A stretch of 64,000 nt of DNA from Octopus vulgaris. Lineage: Eukaryota. Every line of letters begins with the position of its first letter. Position 1 is the stretch's first letter. The position numbers and the translations under genes are program-made. The stretch covers positions 2,542,001 to 2,606,000 of the forward strand of contig OX597824.1 of NCBI GenBank assembly GCA_951406725.2, read 5' to 3'. Below are positions 12,810 through 24,849 of the stretch, piece after piece. The notes beneath the pieces were generated by a model. It searched no databases and was not told the origin of the DNA. It saw only the letters and a program-made list of their open reading frames with translations.

Positions 12810-13110
12810 TTTTGCCTAACCGCTAGTTTACGAGGAAGTAACTAAACCAACATCGATTGTGAAGCGGTGGACGGTGGGGACAAGCACACACAGACACATA
12901 TACACGCACATGCACACACATATACACAGACAGACACACACACACACATACACCCACACACACGACAGGCTGTTATAGTTTCTGTCAAATTTACTTAGAC
13001 GCTGGTTCGGGTCTTCTGGTATGGTAGGAGAGTCTTATCCAAGGTGCCGCAACGTGGAACTGAACCCGAAACAATATGCCTACAAATCTAACCTCTTAAC
13101 CACACAGCCT
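12810..13110 (-). mobile_element. Degenerate S3 SINE in tandem with the previous copy
   Basis: CCAAGGTGCCGCAACGTGGAACTGAACCCGAAAC..CCACACAGCC. Confidence 0.75.
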
Positions 13111-13947
13111 TGTCCATGTCTGAGCGTACTCAGTGTTTAACATAAGCTGAAATTAATCAAATAACCCCCTTTTTTTGTACGTGTAAAGAAACATAACTCT
13201 ATACTCTCAAATTGCTTTTGGTCCATAGCGTGACTAACAGAAGTATAAAACTCTGTCTTCCAAACTCATCTTCCCACAAATTTGCCACTCCTCTTCGTAT
13301 ATATTTACTTCACATTTCTAACCTTTCGCGGTTTATGGCTTCTCTTAATCAACTCCCTCACTCTACCAAGTGCACTGACATACTCATTACGAGCACGTGT
13401 TTAGTTCAGTCCAAGGTTCTATACTATAAATATTAATACACTGATAATCCATCTTCAGACAGAAGAGGAACAAATTTTCACCGAGGCAATAAATCTTGGA
13501 ACCAGTTAAATCGTTTAATTTTTTTTTCTATACATAAAATTAAAAATATCTTACTATCTAAAAGTTTCTTTTTTCAAAGTGAGTTCAAAGATATGTGCAC
13601 ATATTAAAGACACCTCGTAAGTTTACCTTACATGTGTGTGTGTATGTGTGTGTGTGTGTTAAATGAAATGAGGCAACAAAGCCGAGGTAGTTTGATCTAT
13701 TGCAGAAGTATAAAAGCTATCCCGTCATCAGAAACGGTATGAGAGAGTCAAGTGGAGAGAAACAGTGGAGTTCAATATCAGAAGTTATTTTTGCAAAGGG
13801 GGAGATATAAGAAGCACACATGATCCGCATTAGACTCCTCGCTCATACTATTATCGAACCGGGAGTCTAACAGGGGTCCTTCCGTAGCACTTACATAGCC
13901 TTACCTTCATTTTGGGTCTTCTGGATACCAAAACTCCTCATATTATT

Positions 13948-14352
13948 AAGCTTGCTTCACAACCACATGGTTCTGGGTTCAGTCCCACTGCGTAGCACCT
14001 TTGATAAATATCTTCTACTATACCCTCGGGCCGACCAAAGCCTTGAGAGTGGATTTGGAAGATGGAAACTGAAAGAAGCCCGTCATGTTTGTATATGTAT
14101 ATATATATATATATACATGTATGTATATATGTATATATGTATATATATATGTTTGTGTGTCTGTGTTTGTCCCTCCACCATCGATTGACAACCGATGTTG
14201 GAGTATTTACGTCCCCGTAACTTAGCGGTTCGGCAAAAGAGACCGATAGAATAAGCACTAGGCTTACAAAGAGAAAGTCCTGAGGTCGATTTGTTCGACT
14301 AAAGATGGTTCTCCAGCATGGCTGCAGTCAAATGATTAAAAGAAATAAAAGA
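13948..14352 (+). mobile_element. S3 SINE
   Basis: CCACATGGTTCTGGGTTCAGTCCCACTGCG..GGCCGACCAAAGCCTTG..CCAGCATGGCTGCAGTC. Confidence 0.9.
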
Positions 14353-14380
14353 AACGATAAAAGAAATCTATATTATTTAT

Positions 14381-14475
14381 ATTATTTACCTTTCACGGAT
14401 ATTTGTCCTCATCTTGTTTGTTGTTAACACAACATTTCGGCTGATGGGTTCTCAATCCTAAGGTATTTTTCGAAG

Positions 14476-14556
<81 letters not shown>

Positions 14557-14604
14557 TCACTGCTTGAAATCGAAGTCGGAATCTTGAGATTAGTAGACCG
14601 CACT
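14381..14604 (-). mobile_element. Inverted, internally deleted copy of the tRNA-HHR-Penelope-tail element (family C)
   Basis: Reverse complement of 14620-14830. It lacks the segment carrying CTGATGA and has an expanded (ATT)n linker. Confidence 0.85.
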
Positions 14605-14865
14605 CGGCGTAGTGGTTAAGAGCGTGGGCTACTAGCCCCAAGATTCCGAGTTCGATTCCAGGCAGTGACTTGAATAACAACAACAACAAGATCGAAAAAT
14701 ACCTTAGGAATGAGAACCCAGGTTTGAAATTTCCCCCCAGACACCTGATGAAGGCTGGAGGGAATATCAGCCGAAACGTTGTGTTAACAACAAACAAGAT
14801 GAGGACAAATATCCGTCGAATGTAAATAATGTATATAATTCCTCATCTCTTCAATATAGAACTGT
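14605..14865 (+). mobile_element. Composite element: tRNA-derived head + (AAC)n linker + hammerhead + Penelope terminal tail (family C)
   Basis: A box GGCGTAGTGG (14606), anticodon-like loop CTACTAG, B box GAGTTCGATTCC (14648), HHR at 14740-14785, and tail 14781-14850 shared with the PLE at 52973-54831. Confidence 0.8.
14740..14785 (+). ncRNA. Minimal type I hammerhead ribozyme motif, family C
   Basis: GACAC-CUGAUGA-A-GGCUG gagggaauau CAGCC-GAAA-CGUU-GUGUU. Confidence 0.8.
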
Positions 14866-14899
14866 AGAAATATATCTATATATATATGCTAAAATTGTT

Positions 14900-15286
14900 T
14901 TAGCCACTGGACTGTGGCCATTCAGGGGCCACCGCTTTGAAAGTTTGGGCCGAGCAAATCGAGTCCAGCACTAATTTTTTTTTTAAGACTGGTAATTATT
15001 TTATCGGTCTCACTTGCTGAATTGTTAAATTACGGGAACGTAAACAAACTAACACTGGTTGCCAAGCTGTGGTAAAGGTACAAATATATACACATAAATA
15101 CACATTCAGACAAACACACACGCGCACACATACACACACATTTATGAAGTGGCTTCTTTCAGTTTCCCTCCACCATATCCATTCAGCCCAAGGCTGTAGT
15201 AGAACACTTACAAAATATGTTATGCAGTGGGACTGAACACGGAACCATTTGATTAGGAAGAAAACTTCTTATCACACAGCCACACC
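14900..15286 (-). mobile_element. S3 SINE, diverged
   Basis: GCAGTGGGACTGAACACGGAACCAT..CACACAGCCAC head and TGTGGCCAT..CACCGC tail. Confidence 0.8.
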
Positions 15287-15996
15287 ATATGTATGCGTGT
15301 GTGTGTGTGTGTGTGTGTGTGTTTATGCGTGTATGCGTGTGCGTGTCTGCGTGTGTATGTGAACTAAATAAACCAAATAAATTATATGAATTGTTAAATG
15401 AAATCAAAACCTCCAACGAAAGAAAACAGATTGTAAACAAGAAAGAAGGGAACTTGTTTTACGTTTTACATGTCGCCATAAGTTTCCATCAGTTACTACT
15501 AAAAACGAAATATTAACAATAAAAATCACGAGATGGTTAAAATAAATATCTAGAAAAATATATTAAAAGCAAATATCTAGAAAACGTATTAAAATAAAAC
15601 TGTCGTCTGTCTTCAATGTTTATTTTCTGTTTTTGAATTACAGCGAAAGATCAAAAATCAACGGTCGTAGTCTAACATCCGATCTCAAGTAAGATCTTCA
15701 GTGATTGCACTGGACTTAAAGACCGTTTTATCCTTTGCAAGACGCCAAAATGAAAATCATATGTACAATAAAATACTATTATCAAGCAGATAAGAACAAT
15801 TCATTCACAAAATGGCCGATGTTGTTTCTTATTTGTGTTGTTCACTGATTTGTATTTTTCTAGCTTTTTATTTTGTTGACTCTTTTAGTTTTATTGTTCG
15901 GTTTGTGTGAGCAGTTATTTTATATTTTTGATGCCTTACCATTTATTTTCGCCTTACTATTTGTTTTATTGATTCAATTTTAGTTTCAACTTACGT

Positions 15997-16018
15997 TCTT
16001 CTTCTTTTTCTTCTTCTT

Positions 16019-16113
<95 letters not shown>

Positions 16114-16145
16114 CATCATCATCATCATTATTATTATCTTTATTA

Positions 16146-16222
<77 letters not shown>
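15997..16222. repeat. (TTC)n-(TTA)n-(TCA)n compound trinucleotide microsatellite
   Basis: Directly visible. Confidence 0.97.
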
Positions 16223-16223
<1 letters not shown>

Positions 16224-17738
16224 GTTTCTGTTATTATTGGAAAATGTTTCGGTGATTATTTTTGTTGTAAAATAATGCCTATGTTGGCTTAAGCATTTAA
16301 TTCGGTGTCACATATCGTCTGTAGTTATTCTAATAAATTCTTTAGAATTCCTCGCTTCGGAGAGAAAGGGGCGAGTTAGAAAAGAGTGCAAATAACGATT
16401 TTTGCCCTGACGTAAATAATATGCTCAATATATTATCTGTTTTACACGTCAGTGCACAAATAACTGTACCAGCTGTCATTTCAAGCGTGTAAGTATTCGT
16501 ATAAAGAATGTTATCTTAAATCTAAAAGTCAATGGAATATTCAGGTAGATAGTGATGTACTGAATGACGTGTGCAAAATCTAGACAATGGAATGATTTTG
16601 CTTCTTCTGTTTGCAGAAATTGTTTTCAATGTAAGCCATTCCATACAAACGAAACTGATACTGAAGCATTGACTGACATTTTTCAATAACTATGATAAAT
16701 ATATTTTGTTAAGCTCAGGTTAGATTTTTACACTGCATTATAAATGTAATAATCTATTTTGAATAGAATTTATTTTTTATTACAGAAGATAGTAAATCAG
16801 TTCTGTTTATATTGTGTGCATCTATTTCGTCGAGAACGGATGTACAGAAGACATATTGTGTCGCCGTGTGATTTGACACTGGCTTCCGGTTACTTTCCTT
16901 ATAATTTTAGAATATCATAAATGTAAAACGAATTTTGGGTAATATTTTGACAAGGTGTGACACCAGTTCCTGTGAGATTCTTGTGGTAAATAGACAGTTA
17001 GAAAGACGGCTGAAAGTAAGAATAGATGTATCAAGGAATGTACAGTTGGTTGCATAGATAGTTAGATGATAGATATTTAGTTACGAGGATGGGGATAGAT
17101 GGACGTATGGACGGACGGGCGGATGGAAAGATGGATGGATGGGTGGATAGATTGATGGACGGATGCTATTTTAATGCAATACGTATTTACCTCTTTTTCC
17201 GCACAGTCTGTAACATCAAACCGCAACCTCAGATTATCCGGGCATCCCAGGCTGGATCATCCTAATTCAGAGGGCAACGTAACGATTACATGCCAGGTCG
17301 TAGCGCAACCATCTTGTAAGAACATCACATAAGTCAGTGTATAAGCTGTGTACGTGTGTGTGTGCATTAGTTTCTCTCTGTCGGAACGTGTGTTCCTAAA
17401 CTCCATGCTAAAATAAATTTTTAGGTATCATTAACGATCGTTAAAGGCTTACCTAACATAAAGGTGTCAGATAGTCTGAACTATACATATCTTCCAGATA
17501 CAATATGTATACGATTAAAGTATCTCACAACGCTCGAATCGTAGAAGTCGAACATGTAACGGTAAAGATAGTCTTTAAATATCATTAGATGGTTACGTAA
17601 GGTTTCAGAATCCGGCCGTTTGTAGATCGCTAAGACTTAATAAATATTATTAAAGTATATAACAGTTGAAATGTGTGTGTGTACAGATACACTCAGTGAA
17701 AGAAATAGTTTCAAGCATACGCACAAATACATCCATCC

Positions 17739-17770
<32 letters not shown>

Positions 17771-17872
17771 ATATGTATGTTATGTATGTATGTATGTATG
17801 TATGTATGTATGTATGTATGTATGTATGTATGTATGTATGTATGTATGTATGCATGTATGTATATATATATA

Positions 17873-17902
<30 letters not shown>

Positions 17903-17905
<3 letters not shown>

Positions 17906-18132
17906 TTCTTTACTACCCACGAGGGGCTAAACACAGAGGAGACAAACAAGGACAGACAAACGGATTAAGTCGATTACATCGACCCCAGTGCGTAACTGGT
18001 ACTTAATTTATCGACCCCGGAAGGATGAAAGGCAAAGTCGACCTCGGCGGAATTTGAACTCGGAACGTAACGGCAGACGAAATACCGCTCAGCATTTCGC
18101 CCGGCGTGCTAACGTTTCTGCCAGCTTGCCGC
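17903..18132 (-). mobile_element. tRNA-derived SINE family S4 (Meta/MESC-like central domain)
   Basis: Minus strand: GCTGGCAGAAACG..GAGTTCAAATTCCGCCGAGGTCGACTTTGCCTTTCATCCTTCCGGGGTCGATAAATTAAGTACC..GTAGTAAAGAAATA. Confidence 0.9.
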
Positions 18133-18363
18133 TCTAGAACTCCTCCACTCTAGAACTCCAATAAGCAATACACATACACATACATACATACATATATACA
18201 TACATATATATATATATATATATGTATGTATATATGTATGTATGTATGTGTATACACATACATACATACATATATGCATACATATATATATATATATATG
18301 TATGTATATATGTATGTATGTATGTGTATGTGTATTGCTTATTGGAGTTCTAGAGTGGAGGAG
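18132..18363. repeat. Inverted duplication (40-bp arms) around a compound microsatellite
   Basis: 18140-18179 CTCCTCCACTCTAGAACTCCAATAAGCAATACACATACAC is the reverse complement of 18324-18363. Confidence 0.9.
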
Positions 18364-18600
18364 CAATGTCCCAGCGGTTAGGGCAGCGGACTCGTAGTTG
18401 TAGGTTCGCAGTTTCGATTCCCAGATCGGGCCTTGTGAGTGCTTATTGGGCGAAAACACCTAAAGCTCCACGAGGCTCCAGTAAGGGATGGTGGCGAACC
18501 CTGATGTACTCTTTCACCACAACTTTCTCTCACTCTTTCTTCCTATTTCTGTTGTACCTGAATTTCAAAAGGGCCAGCCTTGTCACACCTCGGTGTCACT
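18357..18600 (+). mobile_element. S1 SINE, tail type 2 (truncated)
   Basis: Same head as 1761. The tail TTTCAAAAGGGCCAGCCTTGTCAC matches 21348-21370. Confidence 0.85.
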
Positions 18601-19413
18601 GTCAATACTATTCTTCTTAAATTATAAATTTGTACTCTACCAAAAGTAATGAGTAAGTCTTCGGTTTAATGTAAAACTGTTTTTATTATAATATAAAAAT
18701 AAACACAAATGCATGTATGTATAGTGCGTGTTCGGTTGTGTGCCTGCAAGTGTGTCTGCGTGCGCGTATGTTCGTGCATATGTGCGTCTGTATATTTGAA
18801 TATTTTGTAAGGAACCGTCATAAGTATTCACCCACAAAAACTAGTGATGTGATTCATCATAATGTTCGATTTCAATGATTTCTTTTTCAGTAAATGCAAA
18901 AGAAAAATATAGAAAATAGATGAAAATTTATTCCTCACCAAACACCTTATGTACCATCTCCGGCTACCAGTAGCGACCTCACCACCACCATCACCACCAC
19001 TACAAGCACCAAAACACTCATAAACTCGACATTTTCTTACTTTAATATCTCGAAACCGTCTTGCTAAAATCAATTATTTCGTTAGCCATTCCAATTTGAT
19101 TTTCACAATGCTTCCATCTACGAAGACTTGTACCGAAAATATCTTTCTTCTTTGCTCGTTTTGTCAATATATCTAAGTGATGAAAGCCGAAAAGTCTGCA
19201 TGTCTGGAAACGGAATCGTTTATTCGTTGTGGGAACAGCTGAAAAATCAAGCAGAGTTAAAACTGTTCAGAAAGAAAAAGTGTCATTTTGTATAAATAGT
19301 GTCTCTGAAATTTCTCTTCAAATATTAGCATTTGTGAAGCAATCGCTAAAATGTGATTACGTGGATATTTATGGCATTGTGTTACGTCCATACGTGCGCA
19401 TGCTTGTGTGTGC

Positions 19414-19455
<42 letters not shown>

Positions 19456-19758
19456 GCATAAAGGTGTATTTCTTCATGAATTGACATAAATTTTGTTCAA
19501 CCAAACACGCACATACATGTACGTCTCTGTCTGTGTGTCAATCAGTGATTATGCTTGTTAAAATGCAGAATATGTATATATATAACTATGCGTGTTTGTA
19601 TGTGTATCTCTCTCTCCATATATATATATGTGTGTGTGTGTGTGTCTGTGTCTGTGTGTGTGTGTATGTGTGCATGTATGCATGAGTGTATGTATGTATA
19701 AATGCATGCATGTTGAAAATCCTGTGCATATTTATATATGTGTGTGTGTAAGGACAGA

Positions 19759-19804
<46 letters not shown>

Positions 19805-20294
19805 CGTATGTGTCAAGTTGAATGTAAGCAGACGTATGTTCACAAAAGTCTCTTACATCATTCAGTAAACACTCATCACGTACAAACACACACTCCCACA
19901 CACACGTACACACACTCACCCACACACACACACACACGTACACACACACTCACCATCCACAAAACAAGTCGCCACTCAAATCTTACTTTGATGATTGGAT
20001 GTGATGAAAGCTTGACACTGCAAACGCAAGATTCAATAAAGATTGAAGAACTGCAAAAACAATCACTCCGCCATGCATTTTGTTGAACAACTGTCTTCGT
20101 CTCCCACACTTTCGTTTTACATGTACTTTCCTCCTCCCCCTCCTCTTCTTCCTCTTCCTCTTCTTCTTCTTCTTCTTCTTCTTCTTCTTCTTCTTCTTCT
20201 TCTTCTTCTTCTTCCTGTAAATAAGAATATAATATTCTATATTGATTATTCCTCCCTATGACACAATATTTATAAAAAAAATAGACAAATAATT

Positions 20295-20750
20295 ATTTCT
20301 ACTGCAAGCGCAGGGTCTGAAGTTTTTGTGGGAATGGGAACAGTTTACATCGACCCCAGATGAAAGTCAAAGTCGACCTCGAATTTGAACTCGGAACGTA
20401 AAGACTAAATGCTGCTAACCGTTGCGTCTGATACTATAACTTTCCGTCAGCTCGCCGCTTTAAAAAAAATAATAATAATAGTTTAAAATTTTTCCACAAG
20501 GGCAACCATTTTTGGAGAGGGGGATGTGTCGATTACATCATTTTCTGCTCTAGGTACAAAACCCGAAATATTTTGGGTAGGGAACCAGTCGATTAGATCG
20601 CCCCCGGTACGCAAATGGTACTTAATTTATCGACACCGAAATGATGAAAGGCAAAATCGACCTCGGCGGAATTTGAATTCAGAATACAGCGACGGGCGAA
20701 ATACCGCTAAGCATTTAGCTCGGCGTGCTAACGTTTGCCAGCTCGTCGCC

Positions 20751-20752
<2 letters not shown>
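20295..20752 (-). mobile_element. Tandem S4 SINE copies/fragments
   Basis: Repeated GATGAAAG..AAAGTCGACCTC..ATTTGAACTC and GCTCGCCGC/GCTCGTCGCC heads. Confidence 0.8.
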
Positions 20753-20817
<65 letters not shown>

Positions 20818-20976
20818 TGATGATGATGATGATGATGATAATAATAATAATAACCCTTTCTACTAAAGCCACAAGGCCAGCCGTAGCGTTACGTCAAGAA
20901 AATTAACGGCGATAATATTTGTATCTTCAGTAATACTGAGTCCTATTTCCTGAAATACTTTTAGTTATAACAACTG

Positions 20977-21020
<44 letters not shown>

Positions 21021-21022
<2 letters not shown>

Positions 21023-21170
21023 CAAAATAAGCAACAAGGATATCCAAGGTTGTGTAGTACAATTGTTTCATGCTACTTCATTTTATTAAACACTGTAAGT
21101 ATTACATCACTTTTAAAATGTCGAGCAATCTTCAGCTTTAGATTCATCTGAATCTAAATTTTGCTGAACC
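21021..21170 (-). ncRNA. Possible degenerate hammerhead module (family E) between (TA)n tracts
   Basis: Minus strand: AG-CUGAAGA-U-UGCU..(about 50 nt)..AGCA-U-GAAA-CAAUUG-UA-CU, with a palindromic ACAAUUGU stem III. Stem I is weak. Confidence 0.35.
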
Positions 21171-21197
21171 TATATATATATATATATATATATGTGT

Positions 21198-21515
21198 GAG
21201 GGCGCGTGGCTTAGTGGTTAGGGCATTCGGCTCATGATCGTAAGGTTGTGAGTTCGATTCCCGGCGACGCGTTGTGTCCTTGAGCAAGACACTTTATTTC
21301 ACGTTGCTCCAGTCCACTCAGCTGGCAAAAATGAGTTGTACTTGTATTTCAAAGGGTCAGCCTTGTCACTCTCTGTGTCACGCTGATTATCCCCGAGAAC
21401 TACGTTAAGGGTACACGTGTCTGTGGAATGCTCAGCCATTTACACGTTAATTTCACGAGCAAGCTGTTCCGTTGATCGTATCAGCTGGGACCCTCATCGT
21501 CGTAACCGGCGGAGT

Positions 21516-21517
<2 letters not shown>
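21198..21517 (+). mobile_element. tRNA-derived SINE family S2, full length, inserted in (TA)n
   Basis: A box TGGCTTAGTGG, B box GAGTTCGATTCC, body GTGTCCTTGAGCAAGACACT. A decayed relative follows at about 21705-21980. Confidence 0.9.
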
Positions 21518-21590
<73 letters not shown>

Positions 21591-22244
21591 TATATGTATG
21601 TATGTATGTATAGACATACTAGAATATTTTTAATTTTTGCTAAATTCCTCATAAATTGAAAGAAGAACATATGAACTCTGATTTTCGACCCTAGTGCGAG
21701 AGTGTGGTGGGGATGGGCTATCGGGGGTGTCTACAAAAACGCACGATCGCAGAGAGACAGGTAGCGAAAGCCGAGTGAGTGCCTACTTGTACTGTATTTT
21801 GCGTGATGATAATTTCTCACATCCCCGGATAAATCTACACGAAAACTTGTTCAAGGAGACCGCCCCCCTTGTCACGCTTGATGTCATGTTAATTCTGTGA
21901 GAGGTTTATTACGCTAAGAGTACACGTATTTGTGAAATGCTGAACCAAGTTCAATGAGAAGAGGGATCGATTGATCGAAGAACAGTTATTTACAGTTTCT
22001 ATATACAGAATGCGATACACGATGTAACCTTCTCACTTTTTAAAAAGAATTATCGATGTATTCAGTAGTTTGTTCATTGTGTTTATAATCGAAGACAGAA
22101 ATCTATAAACTCATTCTGTAGTGCAAGGTTCCAATTTTGAAAGAAGAACAACGATAAAGCAGTAAAGTGTATTATGAGGGAGATGTGGCTGTTATTCCTA
22201 GCATTGCAACAGACTATGTACAGACATTTCCTCACAGGATGACA

Positions 22245-22502
22245 GCGATGGCAATGAGGATGAAAAGGACGATAGGGATGAAGGCGATGATGTAAATGAC
22301 GATGATGATGATAGTGGTGGTGGTGCTGGCGGTAGCGATGATGATGATGGTGATGATGATGATGATGATGATGATGATGACGATGATGATGATGATGATG
22401 ATGACGATGACGATGGTGTTGGTGGTAATGAAGAATATCATCCTCATCCCCATCCTCATCCCCATCCTCATCACTATCATCATCATCGTCATCATCATCA
22501 CC
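22245..22502. repeat. (GAT)n then (CAT)n imperfect microsatellite with polarity switch
   Basis: Directly visible. Confidence 0.95.
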
Positions 22503-23162
22503 AATCGGCAACAACGTCATGCAAACTTTTTTCATACCGTTGCCATTGATTGGGATTTTTCACGTTTTCCATTTTCTTTTTCTTTTTTTTTTTTGTTGCT
22601 TTCTTCTTCGTATCCTAACAATTTCCAAATACCTTTAACCATTCCCCGGATACATTCCATTTCCTCCACCACCGCCAGGCAAAACATCTTTGGAGCAAAA
22701 CAGACAAAAGCTAAACTAGTCTTTCTGGTGCTTTTTTATATTTTTTTTCCTCTCAGAACTATTTTAGATTTTCTAAAAATAAATGGATTAAAAGAAGAGA
22801 AAAAGAAATAAAGATACTAACTGTAAATTTTGAAATATTTAGAAATAGTTTTTTTTAGTTCCACAACCTACGTATACCTATAAAAGGTGAACTGTTTTTT
22901 AAACGTAATTGGGTCATTATTGTTTATTTAATTCGATTTAGATCGATAGTAGTGTGTATGCTATTGCGTGGCTTGCCTATTATACGCATACATACGATAT
23001 ATGCATACATATACTCATATATGTATATAGATATACTTATTTCTATACATATTCACACACCTACATACATTGGCAGCACGTGTATAATACAAACAGACAT
23101 GCTCACAAACAGACATATGAAAACACGGGCAACCGTATATACATTAACATATACACACATTA

Positions 23163-23335
23163 AGACAGCGATCTGGCAGAATCGTCACCGCGACGGTCTT
23201 TACTTTCTGAGTTCATATTCCGCCGAGGTCAACTATCGCTTTCATCCTTTTGGGGTCGAAAAAAAATTAAGTCCCAGTTGAACACTGAGGTCGATCTATT
23301 TGACTTTTTCCCACTTGTACATAAATTTGAAATCA
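23163..23335 (+). mobile_element. S4 SINE, diverged
   Basis: CTGGCAGAATCG..GAGTTCATATTCCGCCGAGGTCAAC..CTTTCATCCTTTTGGGGTCGA. Confidence 0.8.
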
Positions 23336-23916
23336 ATAGATACACACATAATTACATATATTTATACCTAATTACATGCTTATATGCTCGAATGCTTTCA
23401 GACATGACTAATTATACACACATGCACAAATCCATCCATTTCATCCATACCTACCCACTTACCTATCTATCTACCTACCTACCTACCTACCAAACTACTA
23501 CCTACCTACCCATACATACATGTATGCGAAGTACCAACAGCCACGTATTCATAATTTCATCCTTACGTAAACACATGCACGCACACATAAATACGTGCGT
23601 ACATATATACAAACAGGGATATATGTCTGTACGTACTTCTGCATGCATATATATAGAAGATTATACACACACACACATACACACGCACGCACAGACACAC
23701 ACACACACACACGCACGCACACACATCTATTCAGAAAAATACAGATAAATGGATGCATATATATGTAACCCACGAACTGATGCACTCTCAAATATATAAT
23801 AAATGTAAATACATGTATGTGTGTATATATACCTTGTAGTAAATTATGTTAACACCGCATCGTTCAAAAGTACATTCGTATGCATGTATGCATCCTGAGA
23901 ATCTTTCAGAACTTCA

Positions 23917-24205
23917 ATTAATGATCTTCTGATTGGTCCACCGAATAGACAGGGGTTCCTCGGAGCAGAGACGGCACCTCCTAGAAATTATATTGTATGG
24001 GTTCGCCTGCCTTACTATGGACCAGGTTATGCTGTGCTTAATTTTATCCTTCTCCAGTCGCCATACACAATCGGCCACAGATGTTGAATGTCTCCTATTG
24101 ATTGTCTTAAAGCTGGCGACATGGTTACGATTCTTAAATGAATCAGCCGTCTGCCCAATGTAAACATACGGTCCTCCCCTTGTCTGCACGGTACATTTAT
24201 ACAGA
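23917..24205 (-). pseudogene. GIY-YIG endonuclease domain of a Penelope-like element
   Basis: LYKCTV..YVYIGQTADSFKNR.NHVASF..STS...VWRL..ITWSIV..PY..CRLCSEE..IN is the typical PLE GIY-YIG layout. Confidence 0.85.
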
Positions 24206-24260
24206 AGATTTATACTCATACAGAGGTTCATCAATGGACATTTTTGATTTCCTCTGCATG

Positions 24261-24302
<42 letters not shown>

Positions 24303-24849
24303 AATGTATGTATATTCCCGCATACATTTATATCATATATAGAGAAAGATGTACAGACACACCACACACATTGCAGATTACTACTAAAACAGTTAGTCAA
24401 ATACAAATAGCCAAAATGTTCCATTTATTATTGTTGAAATTCTAAAATTATAATTTCGATGGAGTAACTGATACTTCTCTCATAAATATATTTCCTCTCC
24501 CCGACATTTAACATCATATTAACCTGTAAAGCAAATGATTTCACCTGCTACGCATCGGTTTCTTCGTCTCGTCTCGTGTGTGTGTGTGTATGTGAGTGCA
24601 TGCATGTATATGTGTGTGTATGTTTCCATATATTAATCTATGTAAGTAAGCATTATGTATGTGTGCATGTATTTATATATTTGCGTATATTTATATACAT
24701 ATATGAGTGTGTGTGTGTGTGTGCATTTGTGTTTATATGTATTTATATGTGCATGCGTGTATGTATGCACATTTGTTTGTTTTAAGTATGTGTACATGCT
24801 TGGCAAGTGATTAAATTTGAGATTGCGTGTTCAAATAGGAAAAGTGCCT

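Noticed and set aside
14606-14670. tRNA gene (ACT anticodon-like loop), likewise the heads at 1761, 21198 and 56398
   Set aside because: There is no paired acceptor stem or Pol III terminator, and the sequence continues into a repeat body, so it is a SINE head.
15644-15688. 45-nt plus-strand micro-exon (ERSKINGRSLTSDL) with AG/GTAAG ends
   Set aside because: It is too short to support, and such signals are common by chance.
22083-22811. Poly-Asp/His/Met ORFs (also 27421-27747)
   Set aside because: They are (GAT)n/(CAT)n tracts without splice or coding context.
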